A stretch of 64,000 nt of DNA from Giardia intestinalis (taxonomy: Eukaryota), in the NCBI GenBank assembly GCA_000002435.2, contig CM018790.1; one strand, given 5' to 3'. The position numbers and the translations under genes were made by a program. Below the pieces are notes generated by a model, which did not search any database, was not told the origin of the DNA, and worked only from the letters and a program-made list of their open reading frames with translations. Shown in pieces: positions 20,112-29,100 of this stretch. Position 1 is the stretch's first letter. Each line of letters opens with the position of its first letter.

Positions 20112-20555
20112 TCAGTACCTGCCCGCATGCAGGTGTATGAAGTCTGTGAACTGTGCTAAGCTTATCGTGTCTAGACCTCCTGCATATTGGTATAGTCCGA
20201 CTAATAATTCTTCAGTCACATCATCTAAACCTAACATAGTGGCGTTGTGCTGAAATGCTGAAACAAATTCTGAGAGAGTCAAGGTACTCTTCGGGAAGAC
20301 CGTCTGCAGCGCAGAGGCAAGATCTTCAGGTGAAGGAGGTTCATTGTTAACCGTGCGAAGCAGTTCCTTCATCGCATCAGAGAATTCTCTGTATGTAAGC
20401 CCATCCTTGTCTTGAAAGCCCAGTTGTAACAAGAAGTCCTGTATGGGCGGGTGTCCAACAAGGGAAATAACGGCCAAAATGAACCCGTCTTCACTTATGT
20501 ATCCAGTCTTAGCATACTTCCCGAAAAGCTCTCCAATTTGTAAAGCAGAGCTCAT
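20112..20555 (-). CDS. Small acidic protein (147 aa) with degenerate EF-hand-like loops
   Basis: The track start (20570) is a TTG. The first ATG is at complement(20553..20555), giving MSSALQIGELF... It contains DKDGLTYREF and KTGYISEDGF segments resembling EF-hand loops with deletions. The call is weak. Confidence 0.45.
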   Translation of the reverse strand: MSSALQIGELFGKYAKTGYISEDGFILAVISLVGHPPIQDFLLQLGFQDKDGLTYREFSDAMKELLRTVNNEPPSPEDLASALQTVFPKSTLTLSEFVSAFQHNATMLGLDDVTEELLVGLYQYAGGLDTISLAQFTDFIHLHAGRY

Positions 20556-20711
20556 TAAGAAGCCAACCAAGAAAAATTAGTTGCTTGGCTGTTTATTTGT
20601 GGAATTTCGGCTGAGAAGTGCGTGATAGTTCCGTGAATTCACGACACAACTTCATTCAATCAGAGAGTGGGCCGTATTAGAAGATAGGCGATGGATGACT
20701 AAACATCAAAA

Positions 20712-20963
20712 ATGGAAACTTTTCGTGATGATGTTATGAAGGCTAAGAAGGAGCTGACAGAGGCGAGGAATAGGCTGTACTGGCAAAATACTATCTTAGA
20801 TGTTTCCACCATTGTTTTCCAGAAGGTTTTCTCGAAGTCCTCGTTCAACCGGCCTCCAACATCTGCAGAACTTAAACTATGCCGGAACGCAGCCTCCCTT
20901 TATGTAGAGACCTCCAGAATAGTTGCTAGTTCGATTTCTGAGCTGTTCACAGGCCGGAGGTAA
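20712..20963 (+). CDS. Possible small coiled-coil protein (83 aa), hypothetical
   Basis: An ATG-initiated ORF with an A-rich upstream region (aaacatcaaaaATG). It fills an otherwise unusually long 448-bp gap in a very compact locus. No family recognised. Confidence 0.3.
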   Translation: METFRDDVMKAKKELTEARNRLYWQNTILDVSTIVFQKVFSKSSFNRPPTSAELKLCRNAASLYVETSRIVASSISELFTGRR

Positions 20964-21003
20964 GGAGGTAAGGCGAGGAAGTAAATAAGCAGGGTAAGAG
21001 TTA

Positions 21004-22008
21004 ATGCACCTACGGACTTGTCTTACGGCTGGAACCACTGTTCTCGAGAATCTGCGTGGGAAGAATAGTATCCTGCTGAGCACAAGCAATGGAGTGGCTT
21101 TGTTGGGAGACGGCGTATCATTGTTTGAAGCCAGCTGGGATCCAGATGGGCGAAGGGATATTCGTCTCACACGCATGCCTGTAGCAGAGCACTATGGCAT
21201 GTCCAATGGCGTGGCAACACTTGTGCCAACACTACGTGTGGAGGTGGTCTCCATAGAGGACAACAAGTTGTCTCCGCTTCAATTGCTTCAGAACCTTTCG
21301 GAAGCGCCATTAGCAGAGACAGAAACTATCCAGATCATAGATAGCGAGTCTGACGTTGCTGGAGAGAACCGTTTCACTGTGGTGGTCACCGGGCCACCCA
21401 TCCTTCCCGTTCTTGGATGCGTCCTGCAGCACAAGAAGAACTTGTGGATAGCTCTTTACAGAAAAGGCTTTCATTGCCTTCACTTGTTTCGTTATTCCAA
21501 GTGTGAAGCATCCAAGAGTCAGGGTGAGAGTGGACTTGCACTGGTTCCTTTTGACCCTTCTACCTTGACGCTCCCAGCACCTATACACGGCTTGGCGCCA
21601 CTGCACAATTTTGGCGCCTTTATTATTGCTACGTGTGAGAGATCGTCATCAACACTCTATATGAAGCCCAACACATCCTTTGAGGTGAACATTCATAGCT
21701 GTCTTCTCCCAAATGGTGACGCAGACAAGGAATTGGCACCAAAAAAAGTCTCAAGCACAACTCTCTCGACCTGCGAAAGTATCGCTGCTGACCATGCACA
21801 CCAAGCATTCTCACTGATCACACAATTTGCTACGGATCCCAATCTTTCTGCCCAGGAAAAGACCTCTTTAATTACAGCAATGTCTAGTGTTTATGACTCA
21901 GCGTTGAGGGCTGCCTGTGCTGGCAGACAAGTCCTGGACGCCCAGTTAAAATGTTATCCAGAGAACTTTGGTTCAACGCCATTAGAAGGCACGACTATGC
22001 CTTTGTAA
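21004..22008 (+). CDS. Hypothetical protein (334 aa)
   Basis: A long ATG-initiated ORF. Its last 58 nt overlap, in another frame, the start of the downstream ankyrin-repeat gene. Confidence 0.6.
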   Translation: MHLRTCLTAGTTVLENLRGKNSILLSTSNGVALLGDGVSLFEASWDPDGRRDIRLTRMPVAEHYGMSNGVATLVPTLRVEVVSIEDNKLSPLQLLQNLSEAPLAETETIQIIDSESDVAGENRFTVVVTGPPILPVLGCVLQHKKNLWIALYRKGFHCLHLFRYSKCEASKSQGESGLALVPFDPSTLTLPAPIHGLAPLHNFGAFIIATCERSSSTLYMKPNTSFEVNIHSCLLPNGDADKELAPKKVSSTTLSTCESIAADHAHQAFSLITQFATDPNLSAQEKTSLITAMSSVYDSALRAACAGRQVLDAQLKCYPENFGSTPLEGTTMPL

Positions 22009-23654
22009 ACGCTAATTTAGATAAGTTCAAGCGTGTTCGTGATGATCTAGGCTTTACAGGGCTTATGTACGCTGCTTGGACAAATGACATGGAGATGGTG
22101 AGACTGCTTGCAGATGACGAGCTCAACCTTAGCAACGGCCAGGGAAACACTGCTACTATAATTGCAGCCCTTAATGGGAGCGTTGATGCCTGTCAGTATC
22201 TTCTAACGCGAGAAACTATTGGGCTCAATGAGTTTGGGCACACGCCTCTCACATTAGCTGCAGCCGAGGGAGTCACGGCTACGATACCTGTGCTCCTTCC
22301 TTACTACGGAACCATGAAGGATGCAAACGGCTGGACGCCTCTGGATCACGCCGCAAGTAACGGACACATAGATGCAGTCAAGCTTCTCATTGCCGATCTT
22401 TCCCCACGCATTCTCTCCTTGGATTCAGCTATAGAGCATGCCATGCTTTCGGGAAACAAGCATGTTGTGGAGCTTCTAGCGCTTTGCAAAGACACTGTAA
22501 CTAGTTCTCCTTGCATTACATGTAACTACTATCGAACTCTTTGGGTCTCACAACTATCTGCTCCAACCTCTCGTAAAGATGAAGAAAAAGCACCCTTGGG
22601 AGACCAACCGTCTGGTCATGGACCGTTGCATACAGAGTGCCTCGATATATCTCTAGCAAGGATGGAGTGGAGCCACGTTTCTCAGATATGTAGCGAAAGG
22701 TTAGCAAGTGTCCGCAGCACTCGTAAAGGTCTAGCTACCCTCGACCGATACCTCTCTGCTCTACTTGCCCTTTGGGGCTCTTCTGGGCCCGAAGCCCCAC
22801 TCTACCAACCAGACTCTTCCCTTCACGGCATAACGCCCTTGATGGTAGCAGCATCCAGTGGACGTGCAGATCTAGTAGAAACTCTCATTACCGAATATCT
22901 AGGTAAGAGGAATAGCCAAGGGCTGACGGCTCTCATGATAGCTGCCCGGAGAGGGCATCTAGACTGCGTGAAGTTGCTCGTTCCAGAGGCAAAAAAGGTA
23001 GACATTGACGGCTATACCGCTCTCATGCATGCTGTCATGGCAAACGCAATGAGTGTGGTTGACTATCTTGCTGATTATGAATGTGGCATTCGCTGTCCTG
23101 ATGGAAACACGGCATTGCTGCTTGCAGCAAAGTTAGGTCACCCCAGAGTTCCTCCGTCACTGATTAAAGCAGAGGCAAAGATAAAAGATACTGATGGTAA
23201 CGTTGCCCTCATATACGCTGCTTTAGATAGAAACAAGCCGTTGATATCTCTGCTCTGTGAAGCAGAAGCAGGCATCTCTAACTATATGGGGCTCACAGCG
23301 CTCATGGCAGCTGCATATACAAACGATTGCGATACAATATTGTTGACTCTGTCGACTGGGAAGAAAAAAAGGATGCATGGAGGATTTACTGCCCTGATGA
23401 TTGCTGCCTGTCTTAACAACAGAGAGGCAGTCGAAGCCCTCGTAGGCCACGAGGCATTCTGTGTTACGGACACTCACTTTAGCGCTCTATTACTGGCCGT
23501 TGTATGCGGTTCGGTGGACGCGTCCAGGACTCTTGGACTTGTTGAGATGACCATACTGTCTCCTCATGGTCACAACGCGGTGACGCTTAGCGCTAACGGT
23601 CCATGTGGCTCTATAATATCGGATATATGTGATGGGATCAAGAACTCTGCTTAA
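21951..23654 (+). CDS. Ankyrin-repeat protein of the Giardia 'Protein 21.1' type (567 aa)
   Basis: Multiple 33-residue ankyrin repeats (G-TALM-AA--GH---V--L). The N-terminus (MLSRELWFNAIRRHDYAFV) parallels that of the other ankyrin protein in the window (MTSREEWFQAIHSREYSVV). The next in-frame Met would truncate the first repeat, so the 21951 start and the 58-nt overlap with the upstream ORF look real. Confidence 0.85.
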   Translation: MLSRELWFNAIRRHDYAFVNANLDKFKRVRDDLGFTGLMYAAWTNDMEMVRLLADDELNLSNGQGNTATIIAALNGSVDACQYLLTRETIGLNEFGHTPLTLAAAEGVTATIPVLLPYYGTMKDANGWTPLDHAASNGHIDAVKLLIADLSPRILSLDSAIEHAMLSGNKHVVELLALCKDTVTSSPCITCNYYRTLWVSQLSAPTSRKDEEKAPLGDQPSGHGPLHTECLDISLARMEWSHVSQICSERLASVRSTRKGLATLDRYLSALLALWGSSGPEAPLYQPDSSLHGITPLMVAASSGRADLVETLITEYLGKRNSQGLTALMIAARRGHLDCVKLLVPEAKKVDIDGYTALMHAVMANAMSVVDYLADYECGIRCPDGNTALLLAAKLGHPRVPPSLIKAEAKIKDTDGNVALIYAALDRNKPLISLLCEAEAGISNYMGLTALMAAAYTNDCDTILLTLSTGKKKRMHGGFTALMIAACLNNREAVEALVGHEAFCVTDTHFSALLLAVVCGSVDASRTLGLVEMTILSPHGHNAVTLSANGPCGSIISDICDGIKNSA

Positions 23655-24600
23655 AGAGACTGCGAACCAATTTTTTCTTCTCCGCTGGGTCAATTGGGTG
23701 CCTGGCGTCTTCATACCCACCGGGTGGTATGCGACTACTATATTGTGGCGAGTCTCCATGAAAATCGGATCCCATTGAGGCGGTCAGGCCATGCCTGTCA
23801 CAGTACTGCTTCAAGTGGAGGATGTTCTTCTGGGTATGGCTAGGGTGATAAACCTCAAGATGCTTCATTCCGCTTTGAACAGCCTCCTCAAGGACCTTGA
23901 CGGTAGCATCCCAATCATACTTAAGACAAGCATGAGCAAGGACAGGGACTCCTCCCAGCTGAATTGCTCTTGTAATAGCGTACCGAAGAGGAAGCATTTC
24001 CTTTTTAAGTGATTCTATCGGCTCTTTTGCCAGATATTTATCAAATGACTCTCTTACCGTTGTGCAGTAGCCCTTGTGAATTAGGTAATTTGCAATGTGT
24101 GGTCTCCCAATGGTCCCGTCTGCTGTACTGGTCTTTTGGTTTATCCTATTGAGGGTGCAAAACTCGTCCCACGAGAGATCAAGGCCGTAGGTTGATGAGA
24201 GAACTTCGAGGCAAAGCTTTGCTCTTTCAATCCTTTTCTCGCGCAATAGAGATAGTTCTGTTTCTAGTTCCTTGAGGCCTGCAATGTCAGCCATGGTAGG
24301 GGGGTCTTGCTTGGTTAGGGAGAGGCGCTTGAAGGCCCTTTCGGTTCCCATTGCAAATCGCGGGAAATAAACGAGCAAGTGGGACTCTTTGCCGAGGAGG
24401 TTCTCCGTGGTGATCTCGACTCCGGGAAGGAAGACTAGGTCTGGAAGATTGAGGGCCTCGAGGCGGAAGTACGCCTGCAGTGTGTCGTGGTCTGTGAGCG
24501 CGCAAAGGGCCGTATCGTTGGAGTATGCCATCTCGAGAACGGTCTCCGGAGGGTGCTCCCCGTCGGAGAGCTGCGTGTGCATGTGCAGGTCGATATGCAT
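23638..24600 (-). CDS. PHP-domain metal-dependent phosphoesterase, TrpH/YciV-like (320 aa)
   Basis: N-terminal MHIDLHMHTQLSDGEHPPETVLEMAYSNDTALCALTDHDT carries the PHP signature (H-x-H ... D-G ... TDHD). Further His/Asp motifs follow (HLLVYF, RPHIANYL, GGVPVLAH, SDFHG). True ATG at complement(24598..24600). Its 3' end overlaps the ankyrin gene's 3' end by 17 nt. Confidence 0.8.
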   Translation of the reverse strand: MHIDLHMHTQLSDGEHPPETVLEMAYSNDTALCALTDHDTLQAYFRLEALNLPDLVFLPGVEITTENLLGKESHLLVYFPRFAMGTERAFKRLSLTKQDPPTMADIAGLKELETELSLLREKRIERAKLCLEVLSSTYGLDLSWDEFCTLNRINQKTSTADGTIGRPHIANYLIHKGYCTTVRESFDKYLAKEPIESLKKEMLPLRYAITRAIQLGGVPVLAHACLKYDWDATVKVLEEAVQSGMKHLEVYHPSHTQKNILHLKQYCDRHGLTASMGSDFHGDSPQYSSRIPPGGYEDARHPIDPAEKKKLVRSLFKQSS

Positions 24601-24663
24601 TTAAACGCCTGCAGACTATCCATATAAATATAATGCGCATCCTGTAGACTGGCCCGCGTCCAG

Positions 24664-24736
24664 GGTTTCATAGTGTAGTTGGTTAGCACATGGGACTCTG
24701 AATCCCATAACCCCGGTTCGAATCCGGGTGAAACCG
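24664..24736 (+). tRNA. tRNA-Gln(CUG): tRNA-Gln (anticodon CUG), 73 nt, nuclear type, no encoded CCA
   Basis: Cloverleaf read directly from sequence. Acceptor stem GGTTTCA/TGAAACC; D arm with A-box TAGTGTAGTTGGTTAG; anticodon stem TGGGA/TCCCA with loop CTCTGAA (anticodon CTG); T arm CCCGG-TTCGAAT-CCGGG (B-box GGTTCGAATCC); discriminator G. A T4 Pol III terminator follows immediately (24738..24741). Closely similar to eukaryotic tRNA-Gln-CTG. Confidence 0.9.
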
Positions 24737-24752
24737 CTTTTCCCCGGCGAAA

Positions 24753-25139
24753 ATGGGGGGTGCGACGCGCAAGAAGAACAAGACGAACCACCGCGAAGTC
24801 AGCCGCAGGGTGAAGACCAAGCGCCGCACAAAGGACGTCGACGAGATCCTCGAGATGCTCAGCCCGGAGAACGTGGAGAAGATCAAGAACAGGGACCCCG
24901 ACCCCCTGCTCCCCGGGGACGGCATGCACTTCTGCATCATCTGCGACAGGTACTTCATCAGTGCAGAGGCGCTGGAGACACACAAGGCCACCGGGAAGCA
25001 CAAGTTCCAGGTCAAGCGCGTCAGGGAAGGCGGCATCTCCCCCAAGGAGACAGAGCTCTTTGCCCGCCGCGGGCTTCCCGATAACGGGCGGAAGATTGTA
25101 AGAGATGAGAACGGTGAGCTGATAGGATTTACTGATTGA
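24753..25139 (+). CDS. ZNF593: ZNF593/Bud20-family C2H2 zinc-finger protein (pre-60S ribosome biogenesis/export factor), 128 aa
   Basis: Basic N-terminus, then DVDEILEMLSP and DPLLPGDGMHFCIICDRYFISAEALETHKATGKHKFQVKRV. These match the ZNF593/Bud20 blocks ([52 protein letters not shown]). ATG at 24753 is 16 nt after the tRNA. Confidence 0.85.
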   Translation: MGGATRKKNKTNHREVSRRVKTKRRTKDVDEILEMLSPENVEKIKNRDPDPLLPGDGMHFCIICDRYFISAEALETHKATGKHKFQVKRVREGGISPKETELFARRGLPDNGRKIVRDENGELIGFTD

Positions 25140-26031
25140 GCTGTGCCCTCAGCTCTGTCTCGTACTGTTTGTAGTATTTCCTATACCTCTCCACTGTTGT
25201 CGAGTATGGAATTTTCCCACAAGAGCAAGCGTATTCAACAAAGTCGTCCGCGTGCTTCGTAAAGGAGTTCATAATGCACGATGAGTAAATCACGAAAATG
25301 GAGACCTCTGCAGCTGTTATCAGGTAAAGAGGGATGGGAGTGGCGAAGTATGCTGCAAACTCTACGTCGTGAACCGTTTTTATCTGCCTATCGAGGTCGT
25401 CCTGTGAAAAGACAAGGGGGGACTGCTCTTTTTCTAGAAAGTTACAATACGTCTTGAGCATGCAGAGAGACAGCCCAACGGCAATGTCGCGGTAGAGATC
25501 GAGCTTCGTTGCTGCAATGAACTGCCGCTCCATTTGTTGAAACTCGGCATGAACTCGATCCTCCTTCTTGATCTGGAGCGTCAGGCCATAGCACTCTAAA
25601 ACATGACCAACATCTCTGAAGCCAAAGAAGCGCGCCATCAGTGAGGAGTCCTTGAGACGCGCTATGCTATTTGCTTTGTACATCTGATGGAAGGTGGCTA
25701 TACGCGTGTGTATGACTTCTAGACTGTCGATAGTGACGTTGAGGGTCCGCAGCGTGTGGATAGCAACGATGATAGCTACCTGTCCCCTGACCTTCGTATC
25801 ACTGAGGAACTGGTCCCTCATGTGCTTCTTGCTTTCTGAGTTGTGATCGTCAATGTAGAAGAAGCGGCGGAGAAGCGTTGCAGAGCGCATGGTGGACTCT
25901 CGTGTGAGAGTAGTGAAAAGGTGAAAGGGTCCCTCGAAGAGGGCCTTGATTGCATAGCACGTGTTGATAAGAAGCTCGTCATCTTTGATAGTGATAACTG
26001 GCGGTATGCGGTGGTTTATCTGGGAAATCAT
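25129..26031 (-). CDS. Hypothetical protein (301 aa); possible cyclin-like fold (weak)
   Basis: The track ORF extends to 26292, but its first 87 codons read through a GGTAT/GTAGT microsatellite and low-complexity sequence. The first plausible ATG is at complement(26029..26031) (MISQINHRIPP...). Segments such as TMRSATLLRRFFY and MRDQFL...VAIIVAIHTLRTL are reminiscent of a cyclin box, but this is not compelling. The 3' end overlaps the Bud20-like gene by 11 nt. Confidence 0.5.
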   Translation of the reverse strand: MISQINHRIPPVITIKDDELLINTCYAIKALFEGPFHLFTTLTRESTMRSATLLRRFFYIDDHNSESKKHMRDQFLSDTKVRGQVAIIVAIHTLRTLNVTIDSLEVIHTRIATFHQMYKANSIARLKDSSLMARFFGFRDVGHVLECYGLTLQIKKEDRVHAEFQQMERQFIAATKLDLYRDIAVGLSLCMLKTYCNFLEKEQSPLVFSQDDLDRQIKTVHDVEFAAYFATPIPLYLITAAEVSIFVIYSSCIMNSFTKHADDFVEYACSCGKIPYSTTVERYRKYYKQYETELRAQLNQ

Positions 26032-26096
26032 GTTGGACAGGCCGCAAAGGGCAGCGCCAAAAATCTCGTGCTCGGTGATCACCCAATTCTGTTGAT

Positions 26097-26150
26097 GTAT
26101 GGTATGGTATGGTAGGGTAGTGTATAGTAGTGTAGTGTAGTGTATAGTAT
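26097..26150. repeat. Short microsatellite-like tract (GGTAT / GTAGT units) in a divergent intergenic region
   Basis: Direct read: gtatggtatggtatggtagggtagtgtatagtagtgtagtgtagtgtatagtat. Confidence 0.6.
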
Positions 26151-26196
26151 TAATTATGCATCCAATTGTACATCTCTTTTTAAAGACTCTTTGGGG

Positions 26197-29100
26197 ATGG
26201 AAGACCAGTGTGTACAGGACAAGATTTTTCAGTTGATGAGCCTGGGGGCTACCAGCTTGCCAGAGAGCTTTCCTCTGTTTCCATACATTCAAAAGACGCT
26301 TTTGATGATGACGCGGCCTTGCGTGAAATCTTGTGCTTCAGTGACCGGGTGCAACCCTCTGGAAGCTGGAGAAGCTGGATCTCTCATTGCCCTGTGCGTT
26401 GAGATCCTTCTAAGCCGCGACTCATCTCTATCGTTGCTCCAGATTGCAAGTGATGTCCTTTTACTGACCTTTCAAGCCTCACCCAAAGAGGACATGTCAC
26501 GAGGGATTATATCTCTTACTGGAGCAATTCTCAACAGGAGGCTCAAGATTTCTACCACGCGACTTGTTCTCTCTCTATTCCACACCATAATTCGGAACGG
26601 TATGCACAAAAATCTATTTACCAATACAAGCACACAGGGCCTCGCAGACGAATTTTCATTTGAGATGATTAACCTTTGTATATTAGCTAAATTGGCCATG
26701 ACCGACGGACACCTCGATACAGGGATAGTAATCTACAATGAGGATCTTGAAGCCAGCGGAGTACATATGCACACACTTGTCTTCTTTGCTAGCTTTTTAA
26801 TGATCTACCTGATACCTGGCTCTGAGCTTTCGCGTACGCCGTTCTATGTATCCCTGACCAAAGGCTTTCCAGCATGGATTCCGAAGCACTTCTTGGATGG
26901 TTTTGAGTGTGTGTCTGTGTTAGAATTGCTTAGAGCAACCTTGTGCTTCTTTAAACAGCGCCTGTCTGAATTCAAAACATTCTTGACTGAGCAACCAAGG
27001 TTTGTCGGAGAGTTTGTCACTCTAGCCACTTCACTTACTTGCTCCTCTCGTGAAGCATATCAAGTATTGCGTCAAATAGTAGTAGATATCATTATAGTGC
27101 TCATTGAGATCGTCGAAGAAGCAGAAGACTTAACTTCTCTTATCTGTGTTACTCTATTTCATTGTCTCAATTCTCTAATTGTTTTACCACTGTTTTCTAA
27201 GAGTGTTATTTTTGCCAATCTAGACTGTCCCATCATCCCAAAGGCTATTGGCCACCTGGTACTCAGTGACGCTTATAGCTGTTTAGACGAAGACATAGCA
27301 ATGGAGCTCAGAAGACAGAAAGAAAGCCTGGTGAAGGAGATGAGTTCCGGATCATCAAGAGCCGAAAGAGGGAGCAAGATAGCAGTAGAGCGCGCATACT
27401 TTTGTCTTTGGTCCCTTCTGCGTGTTATTACCGGAGAAAAATACCGGCTATACCCTGTGTACTTGATAAAGCTGACGTACTTACCGTCCACATCCTTGCT
27501 TCTCTACTATCTCCTGAACGTACTAACAAATCTTGCCAGTGCTAATAGTCAAGATATATCTGGTCTTGCCCTTAATTGTATGATTAATCTGTATATGCAC
27601 TGTCTTGGCGTGCTCGTGCAGGCCTCCAGCATGACTTGTGCTTCAGCAACTATATTCCGGCCACAGCCACCGAGCTCTATACTGTCTATTCAATCTAACA
27701 TAGTCGAGCGGTTGGATTTTCTTGGAAAGGTGAGAGGAATAGGGTCCTCCATTCTATCTTGTGGCAAGACCATTAGAGATGCCAAGCCCGATGCCATCCT
27801 ATCGGTACTCTCAGAATGCCTAGCTGATAGCTCTACTTCTCCTACTTCCAGGGCCCCAGCTGAACTGATTGCCATCCTCCCTCTTCTTGCTGGAGTTGTG
27901 CATCCATCAGTACCCTTTTTGTTACTCTTCTCCAAGAAAGGATCAGCAGTCCTAGACTCTACAATTTCTCAAGATGACTATTTCTATCACGTTCTTAGTG
28001 GCGAAACGATCCACCCGGATATGGACGAGCTTGATCTATTCCGCCTCTGCTTTAGGAATTTCCTTTTGAGCGGCGAAGGACAGGAGATCGAGCGTGCTAT
28101 GATCTCCATTTCCAATGATGTTGCGCGTGTCATTGGTGAGCTTCCCAGTGACCACAAGATCCGACTCATTGGGCACGCACCATCTTTGCGCATCTTATTG
28201 GGGTCTATAGTGGTGTTGACGACAGAGTGCTTGTCTGAAAAGATAGCTCTCAGTTCTAAAATGACCATGTCAAGATTTGTATCCATTTTGATGGGATCTT
28301 CACAGATCAAGGAGTATCTATCTGGAAACTATCAATTGTCGGAACAAACTAAAGGACAGCCTATCCCCTTACACGAGGATCTCGTTTCTAAGTTCTCTTC
28401 CATGTATCAACGAATTAGAAACGCTCCTCTGGCAGTTGACAGAACTATTTATGATGTACTATCCTTACCAACAGGAATAGCCTTGCCATCGTCAACATGT
28501 ATTAAGCTAGCTGAAAAAGCAAGCACTAGGACGAAAGATGCACTTGGTCCAAATGAGAGCGGGCAGCCAAGATTTGTTAATGTATTCAAAGATTGGTGCA
28601 CATCATCTTCTATGCTTCCTGGGACCATGGACCAATTGATTAGCATGACTGTTCATCAAACCTGCTTGCATATGCGGACTATGGAACAGCTGAAAAGCAT
28701 TCTTGGCCAGCAAAGAAGTAGATTACTGGATGGCGTCGAGACCGATAGTATTTCATTGATGGAATATTACTTTCATATCTATCTCTTGGTGCAGGCCGCA
28801 CTAACGCACTTTGTCTCCGGCGCATTGGCTGGTACAATAGGCTCTGGGGGCCTGGCTCTTTCAGTCGATTACTCATCAGGCCTTTACGCTGCATGTCATG
28901 CTGTCCATACCTACTCTCTCAAGATGCTAGCTCCGCTCTCCAAGTCATCTACATCCAGCAGCGCAGTGATGTCAAGCCTGATAGAACGCGAACTAATCTC
29001 CTCTTCGTATCTCTCTCGGTACTTTGCTGATCAGTGTGAGTACTTGCGTCTTTCTGAGTACATGTCTGCGTCATCTCCAAACGCGTGGATTAAGCTTAGC

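Noticed and set aside
24287-25084. ORFs 24287..24640(-), 24435..25001(-), 24683..25045(-), 24728..25084(+), 24389..24604(+) around the tRNA and Bud20-like gene
   Set aside because: They overlap a clearly folded tRNA-Gln and the well-conserved ZNF593/Bud20 frame. They are Arg/Pro-rich low-complexity translations of GC-rich DNA.
25129-26031. Calling the 301-aa protein a cyclin
   Set aside because: Only loose resemblance (MR..L ... hydrophobic helices) to a cyclin box, with no conserved K/E pair or clear second repeat recognisable by eye. Kept as hypothetical with a note.
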